Below are positions 39,597 to 50,192 of a DNA stretch of 64,000 bases, one piece after another. The first letter of the stretch is position 1; every line of letters starts with the position of its first letter. The notes below the pieces were generated by a model. That model saw nothing but the letters and a program-made list of their open reading frames with translations, did no database searches and had not been told where the DNA came from. The stretch is from Candidatus Cloacimonadales bacterium (GTDB lineage Bacteria; Cloacimonadota; Cloacimonadia; Cloacimonadales; JAFGVF01), in contig OY762964.1 in NCBI GenBank assembly GCA_963667035.1, forward strand, positions 800,001-864,000. The letters run 5' to 3'. A program made the translations under genes and the position numbers.

Positions 39597-41831
39597 ATGG
39601 GTTTGAAAACAGAATTATCTGAGAAGATTATTGATTGCTATCAAGAATTACTAAACACAGGAGATGAAGCTGACTGTAGTCTGCTTTCTCAATCGGTAAA
39701 GAAATCCTTTAAGGAGTTATTGGATGAAGGATATACTCCTTCATCAAACACAACAAATGCGTTTCTAAAAGTTATGGAGATATGCACTGAAAGGATGTTT
39801 TTAGAAGAGAGTGAGGGAACTATTCAGTTGATTCTAAAAGCAGGAGCTATTAACAATAGAAATGACCTTGTTACAACCATATTAACAAATCTTCTATATT
39901 GGTCTATTACTCTTAATCCTGAAATATGTGACAGTATTGTTAAGGCGATAGCAGATTCAATAACAGATGCTTGTCCTTATCTTATTGTTGCAAGAGCATA
40001 TTATCAGATACTTCAATACTACATAGGGTTGAAAAAGTTTGAGAAATGTCCTAAATACTTTGATAAATTGGAAGCAATAGTCAGAGTAGTAAACGAACCG
40101 AGAATATTTTATTACTACTACTTGAGTTACGGTTGCTACTATTATGCACGGGGAGACCTGTACAAAGCTATTCATAACCTATCCAGAGTTGTGCGGTATA
40201 AAGATAATCCTCCTGATTCTAATCAGTATTACAGAGCTCATTATCTGTTAGCTCTATCGTACGCATCCAATATGATTATGGATAAAGCAATTCGGCATAT
40301 TGATGTGTTGTTAAATGAGGATAGTGGTTTTAATAGGGAAAAGATGCTTTCCTATAAAACAAGGATGCTAAGTCAGAATAAAGAGTATGATAAAGCTGAA
40401 GAGATTCTGAATGAATTGATTGAATCCAATAAAGGAAACAAAGAGATTGAGAAGAAAGTGTATGCTGATTTATTCATGATTGCACTCATGCAAGATGATG
40501 ACAAAAAAATCTCCATGTATTATACTTTGCTTGATGATGAGAGCATGGTAAATGTGGCACCGTTGTTTAAAGACTACTACTATTTACATATCTCAGCTTT
40601 AGATAAGATTGATATTGAAGCGATTATGGAGAAATTCGATAAATCAGATAAAGCTAAGAGTCCATATTCCAGACAATTTCTCAATTTCTTAGTAGAATAC
40701 TATATCAAAAAGCATGATTATGAAAATGCTTACAGCTATCTCCAAAAGCTCTTGGCAAAGATTAGTGAGAGAGAAAGACAGTATAAAGAAGCCGAATTGG
40801 AATCGTATCTTGATTTGCTCGAGAAGTATGAAGAATTTAAAACAGAACAGATGTCCAAAAGAGAATTGGTTTCGTCTTTAGAAAAAGATAAACTCGAAAA
40901 GAGCATTATTGGTAAATCACTAGAGTTTAGGAAAGTTCTTGGTGATTGTAAGATTATTGCTAATGCCCATTTCTCTAATGTATTGATAACAGGAGAAACC
41001 GGAACAGGTAAAGAGTTAATTGCAAAATTGATACATTACTACAGTAATCGTCGAAGTAATAACTTCTGCGAGATTAACTTGTCCGCTATGTCTCCATCGT
41101 TAATCGAAAGTGAGCTATTCGGTTATAAGAAGGGGGCGTTTACAGGAGCTTTGGAAGATAAAAAAGGGTTATTGGAGATTGTGAATAACGGTACCCTATT
41201 CCTTGATGAAATTTCTGAAATTCCTCCCGAAATACAGACTAAGCTTCTAAAGGTTCTGGAGGAGAAAAACTTCTATCCTTTAGGTTCAACAAAACCTGTC
41301 TCATCAAATTTCAGGCTCATCTGTGCAACAAATCAAAACTTGATACATTTGACCAAAGAGGATAAGTACAGACTTGATCTATATTATAGAATCTCAAATT
41401 ATGAGATAAACCTCCCACCTCTAAGAGAAAGAAAATCAGATATCCCTCTGTTGGTTGATTACTTTATTACTATGTATTCTTCAAAAATGGGAGCTCCGGT
41501 TTTTTGTCTTACAAAAGAGCAGATGAATAGATTAATTGGTTTTGACTACAGCGGAAATGTTAGGGAATTGAAGAATCTTATGCAAAGAGTAGTCATTAGC
41601 TATCATAATAGCCTGTCAATTGACAGAATTATCGATGAATATATAAATCCTAAAGAGGTAAGGAGCAACTTTGAGACATATAATCTTGAGCAAATTGAGA
41701 AAGAGGCGATAATAAGAGCTTTGAACAGAACTATGGGTGTTCAATCAAAAGCAGCCAAACTACTGGGAATTAGCAATAATGCCATAGCTCGGAAGATTGC
41801 GAAATACAGTTTAAAAGGATTATGTAACTAG
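39597..41831 (+). CDS. sigma54-dependent activator (TPR-like N-terminus, AAA+, Fis HTH)
   Basis: GETGTGKE, ESELFG..GAFTGA, LFLDEI, GNVREL, AAKLLGIS. Confidence 0.92.
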   Translation: MGLKTELSEKIIDCYQELLNTGDEADCSLLSQSVKKSFKELLDEGYTPSSNTTNAFLKVMEICTERMFLEESEGTIQLILKAGAINNRNDLVTTILTNLLYWSITLNPEICDSIVKAIADSITDACPYLIVARAYYQILQYYIGLKKFEKCPKYFDKLEAIVRVVNEPRIFYYYYLSYGCYYYARGDLYKAIHNLSRVVRYKDNPPDSNQYYRAHYLLALSYASNMIMDKAIRHIDVLLNEDSGFNREKMLSYKTRMLSQNKEYDKAEEILNELIESNKGNKEIEKKVYADLFMIALMQDDDKKISMYYTLLDDESMVNVAPLFKDYYYLHISALDKIDIEAIMEKFDKSDKAKSPYSRQFLNFLVEYYIKKHDYENAYSYLQKLLAKISERERQYKEAELESYLDLLEKYEEFKTEQMSKRELVSSLEKDKLEKSIIGKSLEFRKVLGDCKIIANAHFSNVLITGETGTGKELIAKLIHYYSNRRSNNFCEINLSAMSPSLIESELFGYKKGAFTGALEDKKGLLEIVNNGTLFLDEISEIPPEIQTKLLKVLEEKNFYPLGSTKPVSSNFRLICATNQNLIHLTKEDKYRLDLYYRISNYEINLPPLRERKSDIPLLVDYFITMYSSKMGAPVFCLTKEQMNRLIGFDYSGNVRELKNLMQRVVISYHNSLSIDRIIDEYINPKEVRSNFETYNLEQIEKEAIIRALNRTMGVQSKAAKLLGISNNAIARKIAKYSLKGLCN

Positions 41832-42203
41832 TCCGAGTACTAAGAGATATCGTTAATTGTATAATTATTTCACCTTATATATAGAATATCAAATAAAGAT
41901 ATTAATCACAATATTGCAGTTTTATGTATAATACTTACTGTGTATTGTTTTTCTTAAAAAAGCTCAATATATAGTATTTTTACACAGTATAGTATCAAAA
42001 TTAACAGAAAAGATAAAATAAGTTAGCGAACCGAATAATGATAATCGTTACAAAAATCACAATTTTATTTATATAGGTTAACATACTTGATGTTAAGTGA
42101 TTATGGAAAAATGTTAAAGATTAATTTGCTTAAGTTCCGATTTAGGTTGACAATCATAAGTGCAATAGTAAAAGGTGCTCAAAATAAAATCTTGGAGGAT
42201 TTA

Positions 42204-43544
42204 ATGACTATTAATGATTTTATGGCACAAGTCGAAGTAAAGAATCCGGCTCAGCCCGAATTCATTCAGGCAGTAAGAGAAGTTGTGGAGTCAGTATGGG
42301 ATTACTATCATGCAAACCCACGCTACGTTAAAGCTAAAATATTAGACAGAATCGTAGAGCCTGAAAGAGTCATTATGTTCCGCGTACCATGGATGGATGA
42401 CAAAGGTGAAATCCAGGTAAACCGTGGATACCGCGTTGAATTCAATAGTGCAATTGGACCTTACAAAGGTGGACTTCGTTTCCATCCTTCAGTAACATTA
42501 TCAATCCTTAAGTTCCTCGGTTTCGAGCAGATCTTCAAAAACAGTCTTACAACTCTCCCAATGGGTGGTGGTAAGGGTGGTTCTGATTTTGATGCAAAAG
42601 GTAAATCTGATGCTGAAATCATGCGTTTCTGCCAATCATTCATGATGGAACTTTTCCGTCATATCGGACCTAACACAGACGTTCCTGCTGGTGACATCGG
42701 TGTTGGCGGTCGTGAGATCGGTTACATGTTCGGTATGTATAAGAAACTTCGCAATGAGTTCACAGGTGTTCTTACAGGTAAAGGCCTCAAATGGGGTGGT
42801 TCACTTGTACGTCCTGAAGCTACTGGTTTTGGTGCAACATATTTCGCTAAAGAAATGCTTGCTACTAAAGACATGACATTCGAAGGCAAAGTTGTTGCTC
42901 TTTCAGGTTTCGGTAACGTTGCTTGGGGTGCAGCTCAGAAAGTTACACAACTTGGTGGTAAAGTTGTTACTCTTTCAGGTCCTGATGGATATATCTATGA
43001 CGAAGAAGGTATTGGAACTCAAGAAAAATGGGATTTCATGCTTGAACTTCGTGCTTCAAACAACGACCGCGTAAGCGATTATGTTGAGGCATTCCCTAAT
43101 GCTAAGTTCTTCCCTGGCAAACGTCCTTGGGAAGTTAAAGTTGACGTTGCTATGCCATGTGCAACTCAGAACGAACTTAGTGAAGAAGATGCAAAAACTC
43201 TCGTTGCTAACGGTGTTGTTGCAGTTTCTGAAGGTGCAAACATGCCTTGTACTCCTGGTGCAGTTCATGTATTCCTTCAAAACAAAATTCTCTTTGCTCC
43301 TGGTAAAGCTGCTAATGCCGGTGGTGTTGCAACTTCAGGACTTGAAATGTCTCAAAACAGCATGCGTTACAACTGGACTGCTGAAGAAGTTGATGAAAAA
43401 CTTCACAGAATCATGTGTGACATCCACAATGCTTGTGTTGAGTTTGGCAAAGACGAAGAAGGTTTCGTTGATTACGTTAAAGGTGCAAACATTGCCGGTT
43501 TCGTAAAAGTTGCTGATGCTATGCTTGATCAGGGTCTTGTATAA
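42204..43544 (+). CDS. gdhA: NADP-specific glutamate dehydrogenase
   Basis: GPYKGGLRFHPSV, GGGKGG, DVPAGDIG, EGANMP; GGAGG RBS before 42204. Confidence 0.95.
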   Translation: MTINDFMAQVEVKNPAQPEFIQAVREVVESVWDYYHANPRYVKAKILDRIVEPERVIMFRVPWMDDKGEIQVNRGYRVEFNSAIGPYKGGLRFHPSVTLSILKFLGFEQIFKNSLTTLPMGGGKGGSDFDAKGKSDAEIMRFCQSFMMELFRHIGPNTDVPAGDIGVGGREIGYMFGMYKKLRNEFTGVLTGKGLKWGGSLVRPEATGFGATYFAKEMLATKDMTFEGKVVALSGFGNVAWGAAQKVTQLGGKVVTLSGPDGYIYDEEGIGTQEKWDFMLELRASNNDRVSDYVEAFPNAKFFPGKRPWEVKVDVAMPCATQNELSEEDAKTLVANGVVAVSEGANMPCTPGAVHVFLQNKILFAPGKAANAGGVATSGLEMSQNSMRYNWTAEEVDEKLHRIMCDIHNACVEFGKDEEGFVDYVKGANIAGFVKVADAMLDQGLV

Positions 43545-43570
43545 ACCCTAACCTTAACTAATATATATTA

Positions 43571-43598
43571 AAGGCTCCCGAATCGGGAGCCTTTTTTT
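43571..43598 (+). terminator. gdhA terminator
   Basis: AAGGCTCCCG-AAT-CGGGAGCCTT plus T run. Confidence 0.85.
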
Positions 43599-43678
43599 AA
43601 TACAAATTAATCAACATTAAATTGACAATCAATTCCTTTTCCTGTATGGTATAAAATATCAAGAAATAAGGAGATGCT

Positions 43679-44545
43679 GTGCAGGATTATTGGTTCAACA
43701 GAACGATAGGTTATATTGAGCAACGATTAACAAGTAAATTGGAGATGGAAGATATTGCATACCATGCCGGGTACAGTTTAACTCATTTCCATAGATTATT
43801 CTTTCAAGCGACCGGTCATACTTTGAAAGGATATATCAGAAAGAGACGTTTAGCTTTAGCTCAGCATGAAATATCGCTTACAAATAGTAGTCTTGCTACG
43901 ATAGCCGGAAAATACGGTTACAGATCTCACGAAGCTCTGACGAGAGCCTTTAAGAATGAGTTTGGAATTACTCCGGGAGAATACCGAAAGCATCCTTGTA
44001 AACTTGATACAATCTCCAATCTTTCGAAAGAGAAGTTAGAAGCATCTGGCAGTATCGTAAATTCTCTTAATCCTCAGATTGTTTATTTAGACGATATTGT
44101 TTTGATAGGACTGAAGCGTCGAATTATTCCTAATGACCCTGCTATCAAAGAGCTGGTTAGTGAATTAAACAATAGATTCTCGGAGATAACTACTAGAGTC
44201 AAAACCGATAAATGTTATTGGCTCTGTAAGAATGCTGAACCGGATAGAGATGGTAATCTTCTTAAATTCGATGCGTATCCCTCTTTTGAACTTTTACCTA
44301 AATATAGAGTACCTAAGGGTTGGTATGCGAACAGAATAGAGGCAGGAGAATATCTTTGTTTTACTCATAAAGGAGAAACCGATACTCTTAAAGATAGCTA
44401 TGAGTATATCTATCGTAAATGGTTTCCCGGGAGTGGGTATGAACCTTCTATTGATGAAGACTTCGAAGTTTACGATAGCAGATTTAAACCGGGTAGTAGT
44501 GATTCCGAATTATACATAATGATACCTGTTAGAAAAACTATATAG
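43679..44545 (+). CDS. AraC regulator with GyrI-like effector domain
   Basis: HFHRLF..YIRKRRL..FTRAF-like..PGEYR; YIY.KWFP..DFEVY. Confidence 0.9.
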   Translation: MQDYWFNRTIGYIEQRLTSKLEMEDIAYHAGYSLTHFHRLFFQATGHTLKGYIRKRRLALAQHEISLTNSSLATIAGKYGYRSHEALTRAFKNEFGITPGEYRKHPCKLDTISNLSKEKLEASGSIVNSLNPQIVYLDDIVLIGLKRRIIPNDPAIKELVSELNNRFSEITTRVKTDKCYWLCKNAEPDRDGNLLKFDAYPSFELLPKYRVPKGWYANRIEAGEYLCFTHKGETDTLKDSYEYIYRKWFPGSGYEPSIDEDFEVYDSRFKPGSSDSELYIMIPVRKTI

Positions 44546-44553
44546 GAGAAGGT

Positions 44554-45021
44554 ATGAAAATAGAAGCAATTGGTTATGTGAAGAAAGATAATCAAGGAAT
44601 GTATATTGAACTTAAGAAAGAGTATGTAAGTGCATTAACGGCAATAGAGGGTTTCAGTTATCTGACCCTTGTATGGTGGGCACATCTCTATGCTACTGAT
44701 GACGCAAGAAAACTTAGAGTATTAGATAAACCATATAAAAAGGGACCGGACAAGATTGGGATTTTTGCAACACGATCTCCTGTACGTCCTAATCCTATAT
44801 GTATATCTCCAATGCCGGTTCAAAGCATTGATATGGAAAATGGTATAATAAGGACTTGGTGGATAGATTGTGAAGACAATACACCAATTCTCGATATAAA
44901 ACCATATCATCCATGTTCTGATACGGTTAAGAATGCTGAAGTGCCGGAATGGTGCTCTCATTGGCCTCAGAGTTATGAAGATTCTGCTGAGTTCGCATGG
45001 GATGAAGAGTTCAATTTCTAA
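44554..45021 (+). CDS. TrmO/TsaA-like SAM-binding protein
   Basis: GIFATRSPVRPNPI, TPILDIKPY. Confidence 0.85.
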   Translation: MKIEAIGYVKKDNQGMYIELKKEYVSALTAIEGFSYLTLVWWAHLYATDDARKLRVLDKPYKKGPDKIGIFATRSPVRPNPICISPMPVQSIDMENGIIRTWWIDCEDNTPILDIKPYHPCSDTVKNAEVPEWCSHWPQSYEDSAEFAWDEEFNF

Positions 45022-45136
45022 ATAATATATCCTATACTACTCAAACAACTTAATAGCTATTTGAAATTAAGAATTAGAAACTGGGTGCTTCACTTTCTCT
45101 AAAGTTATGGAGGATAGGTTGCCTGCCCTTTTATTG

Positions 45137-45157
45137 GTACGCAGGCTTCTTGCCTGC
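45137..45157 (+). repeat. solitary REP-like palindrome
   Basis: GTAC-GCAGGC-TTCTT-GCCTGC, near-identical to 4913-4929. Confidence 0.6.
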
Positions 45158-45204
45158 AATGATTGTGGAAATAGACGTTAACTTATTGAATTTGTCTAGA
45201 ATTA

Positions 45205-45233
45205 AAAAGGGAGTTCTTAATTGAACTCCCTTT
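45205..45233. terminator. bidirectional terminator
   Basis: AAAGGGAGTTC-TTAATT-GAACTCCCTTT. Confidence 0.8.
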
Positions 45234-45253
45234 AACATTTTATTGAATCAAAG

Positions 45254-47944
45254 CTATTCTAAATCAGCTTTGTAATCTTCCAATTGTTGTCTATCTTTTG
45301 CTAATTGCAATAAGAAAGGATTAATGTTAACACTAGGAGCTTCGGCTTTCAGAGCATTCAATAATGCTTCGCCTTCATCAAAATATCCGTTCTGTCTGGT
45401 AAGGTTAAAGATGAATTTTGCCATTGCATCATTAGGTTGTATCATCTTCATCATAGATAAGACATATCTCTGACCTATCTCCGGTTGACCGCTATTCATG
45501 AAAATGATTGCAGCGTTTTGATATGTATCTACATCTCTTGGACGTAACTTGAGTTCTTTTTCAACATAGTTGACTGATTTTTGTAGCATATTTGCATCAG
45601 CATACATCTGAGCAAGACTCATGTTGAATTGATCTTTCTCACTAATAAAATCCATTGCCTTTTCAAGATAGTGAATTGCTTTATCCGCTTGATTACGGTT
45701 ATGATAGTATTGTGAAATACGCATGAAAGCAGCACCGTAGTTATTAATCAAACGGGTAGCATTAGCATCTTTGTAAACCGAGTCGTCAAATATAGAACGA
45801 TATGAATATACTTTATCAACATTCTCAACAATAGTGTCGAGGTCTATTCTATCTTTTCCCTGAGTAGGAACGACTCTGTCCACCATTCCAACATTAACCA
45901 GGTTATTTTCAAATCCTGATGCATCCGAACATGTTACGGCAAAGTAAATAGGTCTCTTACCGAAGTTATCCTTAACAATCTGTAAGACTGCTAAATCCTT
46001 AATCTGTAGACCACCTTTCTCCTTTGGTATCTTTATTTCAAAACTGAACTCAGGAGAAGGACCGTTTATACTAACATAGGCATCTTTATCCAGACGCATA
46101 GGGTAGAGTCTATCCAATTTCTCATCAGGAATATTGAAGTGAACTCCTTCTTTATCTCTGAGTTGTCTAATGTACCAAGGAGTATTTAACAAACTTAAAT
46201 TGGCAACAGTGACATCCTTTCTAATTCCAAAACAATGTTCCTCTTTATATGCTCTTGCCTTATTAATAGCATCCCAAGTTGCCTTATCAGGTTTTACCAT
46301 AGTCATAGGACGCATAAACTCTTTTGCATAAGGTTCTTCAACAGCTTGAGCATACCAAAGTGGGAAAGTATCGTTATCTCCATTAGTGAAGATAATAGCA
46401 TTCTCTTCTAATGAGTTCAGGAAGTTTTGACCATAATCAAGAGCTACGAACTCTTTTGATCTATCGTGAATCTTGTATTGTGAAGCCATATTAAGTATCG
46501 GCAGAGCAATAACAACAGCAATAAGAATTGCTTTTACTATCCTATTCTTAGCATAATTTGCTATAAGTGCTACCGAGCCCCATGCCATCCAGAAAGTCCA
46601 GAAGTTATAAGCCGTTACAAAGAAATAGTCTCTATCTCTAACTTCTGCATCTGAGAGATTCATGATGAATACCATTGCTACAGAACTCATAAAGAAAAGC
46701 ATAAAGTAGTTAATGAATGAATGCTTATTCTTCTTAAATTGGTCATACATACCGTAAACTGCTAAACCAAAGACAACAAAGACATTAAAGAATGCATTTA
46801 TCAGATTAGCAGGTATTCTAGTCCAAGATGATAAGGTCTCAGCATTAAAGAACTGCCAACCGAAGTATCTGGTAAAATGATGAGTTAACTGATACAAGAA
46901 AGAAGCTCTTCTAACCATGAAAGATGTATTTCCGTATTGTCTACGAAGAACGTAATTTGTAAACAATTCAAGGTTATGGGGGTAGCCTTCATTAATAAAT
47001 GGTCTTTCTCCGGCTCTAACCATGATATAGATATGAGGTGTTAGTGCAATAAGGATTAAACCGATAGTAAGAGCGACAAATCTCCAGTCAAACTTCTTGT
47101 ATAAAGAGAGATAAAGGGCTGCGGTAAACAATATGAAGAACACATATTTACCCAAATCAGGGATTTGCACTTGTTGACCTACACCGTTAAATATATAATA
47201 TCCTAGCAATATAACTGCTGTGCTAATACCGGCTATTGTCCAGAAACGGGATGACTTAATATTGTTCCTGATATCTTTATATACACACATTAACAGAACT
47301 GCAGGTGCTATTTGCAATGAGGTTTGATGTATACAGAATCCTAAGAAAAACATATAGATGATTAATAAGATAATGTTTTGATTGTCATAATCTTTTGAAC
47401 GCTCAATCCATATAAGTGTCAGCCAGACAATGATATTGATAAAGAAAGCAAGACCTGCATATACCTCTGCTTCGATTGAGTTCATCCAGAAAGTGAATGA
47501 GAAAGCTGTATAAAGGGCTGCAAGAACACCTCCAAGAATATTATGGAGTTTATCTTTATCAAACATACTGATGAACTTAACGCTGAACAGATAGGTAAAC
47601 ATTACTGCTAAAGCGGAGAATAAACCTGAGAACATACTGGCAATTCTGGCTTGCGATGAAGCAACACCAAAGATTGTAGACATGAAACGTCCCAGTATTA
47701 TGTAGAATGGGTTTCCCGGAGGATGTGGAACACCAAGTATTCTAATACATGTTGCATATTCACCGGAATCCCAGAATGACATTGTCTTTGCTCCCGTGAG
47801 CAAATAGACTATAAAAGTGACGAGGAACACACCGAGAGCTATGATGGTGTTAGTTTTTACATCTACAACTCTTTGAGGTATGTTTCTTGTAAATTGCTCA
47901 ACATTCTGAGTTGAGGCAATAAACGAATTTTCTTTTTTCTTCAT
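45254..47944 (-). CDS. DUF2723/TMEM260-like GT-C glycosyltransferase with TPR tail
   Basis: FWDSGEY..GVPHPPGNP, EAEVY, GDNDTFPLWY. Confidence 0.88.
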   Translation of the reverse strand: MKKKENSFIASTQNVEQFTRNIPQRVVDVKTNTIIALGVFLVTFIVYLLTGAKTMSFWDSGEYATCIRILGVPHPPGNPFYIILGRFMSTIFGVASSQARIASMFSGLFSALAVMFTYLFSVKFISMFDKDKLHNILGGVLAALYTAFSFTFWMNSIEAEVYAGLAFFINIIVWLTLIWIERSKDYDNQNIILLIIYMFFLGFCIHQTSLQIAPAVLLMCVYKDIRNNIKSSRFWTIAGISTAVILLGYYIFNGVGQQVQIPDLGKYVFFILFTAALYLSLYKKFDWRFVALTIGLILIALTPHIYIMVRAGERPFINEGYPHNLELFTNYVLRRQYGNTSFMVRRASFLYQLTHHFTRYFGWQFFNAETLSSWTRIPANLINAFFNVFVVFGLAVYGMYDQFKKNKHSFINYFMLFFMSSVAMVFIMNLSDAEVRDRDYFFVTAYNFWTFWMAWGSVALIANYAKNRIVKAILIAVVIALPILNMASQYKIHDRSKEFVALDYGQNFLNSLEENAIIFTNGDNDTFPLWYAQAVEEPYAKEFMRPMTMVKPDKATWDAINKARAYKEEHCFGIRKDVTVANLSLLNTPWYIRQLRDKEGVHFNIPDEKLDRLYPMRLDKDAYVSINGPSPEFSFEIKIPKEKGGLQIKDLAVLQIVKDNFGKRPIYFAVTCSDASGFENNLVNVGMVDRVVPTQGKDRIDLDTIVENVDKVYSYRSIFDDSVYKDANATRLINNYGAAFMRISQYYHNRNQADKAIHYLEKAMDFISEKDQFNMSLAQMYADANMLQKSVNYVEKELKLRPRDVDTYQNAAIIFMNSGQPEIGQRYVLSMMKMIQPNDAMAKFIFNLTRQNGYFDEGEALLNALKAEAPSVNINPFLLQLAKDRQQLEDYKADLE

Positions 47945-47962
47945 TATATCTCCCGAAAACTA

Positions 47963-49021
47963 TTACCCTTTAAGACCACTTGAGGCATAACTGGCAATAA
48001 TGTTCTTTTGTGCAATCAAGAATAGTATCAACAGTGGTACAACACTGAAGGTGGAAGCAGCCATTAATAGTGATGTCTGGGAAGATGCTTCCTGCGAGAA
48101 GTAACTAAGTCCTACCTGCAAGACACGAAGTTGAGGACTGTTTGTCATCACGAGAGGCCACATAAAGCTGTTCCAACTTCCTATAACGGAGAAAATGGCA
48201 GCAGTGGCAATAACAGGTTTACTAAGAGGTAAAACGATTCTCCATAGAATCCCGAATCTTCCGCAACCATCAATTGAAGCGGCATCGAAAAGATCTTTTG
48301 GAAGGGTTTTAAAGTGCTGTCTAAACAGGAAAATCGTAAATATATTTGCCATCCAAGGCACAATCAAAGCATAGTAAGTATCTATCCATCCTAAATAGTT
48401 AAGTATCAGGTAAGAGGGGATAAGATATATTGGTTGCGGTACCATCATCATACTAATGAACAGATAGAATATGAAGTCTTTTCCGTAAAACTCCATTCTG
48501 GCAAAAGCATAAGCTGCTAAAGCCGAGGTAAAGATAACGCCGATTAAAGTAATAAAAGCAATTACAATAGTGTTAAAGAAGTATCTTCCGAAAGGTACTT
48601 TCTTATATGCTGTAACATAATTCTCCCAGTGAAGTCTGAACTTCTTCACTGTTTTTATTTGGCTTGAATCAACTTTTAAATACTCTCTACTCATGAATGA
48701 AAAGGGAACATCTTTGCCATTCTCTTTCACTTTAACTGTTATCTCATGTTCATCATTGAGTATAATGTGTCCTGTTTTATCGAAAAGGGTGATTACGGTA
48801 CCGTCTTCATCCTCTTTAACTATATTAGCGGCATATTTTTTGCCGTCAGGAGCTGAGTACTCGGTGTAATGATCCAGAGAAAAGAATCCGACATTTCCTT
48901 TATTCACTTCCTGCTGTGATTTAACAGAAGTTGTAATCATCCAAATGAAAGGTACTACCATAAGGAATCCGCAAATGGAAAGGATTGTATATGTTAGTAT
49001 AGATCTTATTTTTCTATCCAT
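47963..49021 (-). CDS. carbohydrate ABC permease (MalG-like)
   Basis: DAASIDG, WNSFMWP. Confidence 0.9.
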   Translation of the reverse strand: MDRKIRSILTYTILSICGFLMVVPFIWMITTSVKSQQEVNKGNVGFFSLDHYTEYSAPDGKKYAANIVKEDEDGTVITLFDKTGHIILNDEHEITVKVKENGKDVPFSFMSREYLKVDSSQIKTVKKFRLHWENYVTAYKKVPFGRYFFNTIVIAFITLIGVIFTSALAAYAFARMEFYGKDFIFYLFISMMMVPQPIYLIPSYLILNYLGWIDTYYALIVPWMANIFTIFLFRQHFKTLPKDLFDAASIDGCGRFGILWRIVLPLSKPVIATAAIFSVIGSWNSFMWPLVMTNSPQLRVLQVGLSYFSQEASSQTSLLMAASTFSVVPLLILFLIAQKNIIASYASSGLKG

Positions 49022-49030
49022 TTCCGCCTC

Positions 49031-49966
49031 CTAGTAATGAACCTTTTTCTCTGTTCGCTTCTGGAACAAAGTTAGTCCGAGTATGATTAGGAATAGTACA
49101 AGAGCAACTGCACTGGCATAACTGAAATCGTTTTTATCAATACCCTGTTCAAATATATAATAAACAATAAGTTTGGTTGTTCCTTGAGGTCCACCGATTG
49201 GAGGACCGGTCATGAGGTAGACTTGTGAGAATGTTTGGAATGTTGTGATTGTAGTCATCATCAGAACATAGAATGTAGTGGGAGAGACAAGAGGAAGTGT
49301 AATGTTAAAAAACTGTCTTTTCTTACTGGCTCCGTCAATTTCAGCCGCTTCATAATAAACTTGTGAGATGTTCTGTAAACCTGCTAAGTAGATAATGGTG
49401 TTGTAACCAAGACTCTTCCAGATTGATACAATGATAATACAGAACAGAGCTAATGAAGGTCCACCTGCCCATTGAGGAATATCTATTCCGAAGTTCTGCA
49501 TGAAAAGTGTTATGATTCCGGTAGGTTCTGCCAGCCACTTTAAAGGTTCTAATCCAACCATTCTAAAGAAGTAGTTAGCAAGTCCGCTTTGCTGATTGAA
49601 TATTATCTTCCAGATAATTGATACTGCTACTAAGGATGTAACAAAGGGAATAAAGTATAAGGTACGGAAGAATGAGACAAACTTCTTTAAACCATTGAGT
49701 AGAGTAGCAAATCCTAAAGATAGAATTATGCTTAAAGGAACAACATATATTACCACATAGAATGTATTTAAGAGTGATTGCCAAAAGTACTTGTCCGTTG
49801 CAAGTCTGGAATAGTTCTGGAAACCGATAAATTCTCCCGGACCGGTTATTGACCAGTTAAAGAAACTCAAAATAAAAGATAGAATTATCGGGACAAACCG
49901 GAATGCCAAAATTATAATAAATGCCGGCAATACATAGAGATAAGGCTTAAAGCTTTTTTTAGTCAT
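49031..49966 (-). CDS. carbohydrate ABC permease (MalF-like)
   Basis: LAGLQ..YYEAAEIDGA..ITLP. Confidence 0.9.
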   Translation of the reverse strand: MTKKSFKPYLYVLPAFIIILAFRFVPIILSFILSFFNWSITGPGEFIGFQNYSRLATDKYFWQSLLNTFYVVIYVVPLSIILSLGFATLLNGLKKFVSFFRTLYFIPFVTSLVAVSIIWKIIFNQQSGLANYFFRMVGLEPLKWLAEPTGIITLFMQNFGIDIPQWAGGPSLALFCIIIVSIWKSLGYNTIIYLAGLQNISQVYYEAAEIDGASKKRQFFNITLPLVSPTTFYVLMMTTITTFQTFSQVYLMTGPPIGGPQGTTKLIVYYIFEQGIDKNDFSYASAVALVLFLIILGLTLFQKRTEKKVHY

Positions 49967-50192
49967 CTGATTTTTCCTGCATACTTTATTTATTCTAACA
50001 AAAAATATGCCTGTTTCAAGGTGTCAAATTATATTTGTGTAAAGTTGCTTTCAGTACAAAACTCAGATTTTTACTTGGTTTGCTTTGAATATATTACATT
50101 ACTCTAAGAAGGTACTGTTATAGAGTTAATATAAAGGGCACAAAATGTTGTGCCCTAAAGTTAAATTTTAGCTTGTATAGCAATCCTAAGGT

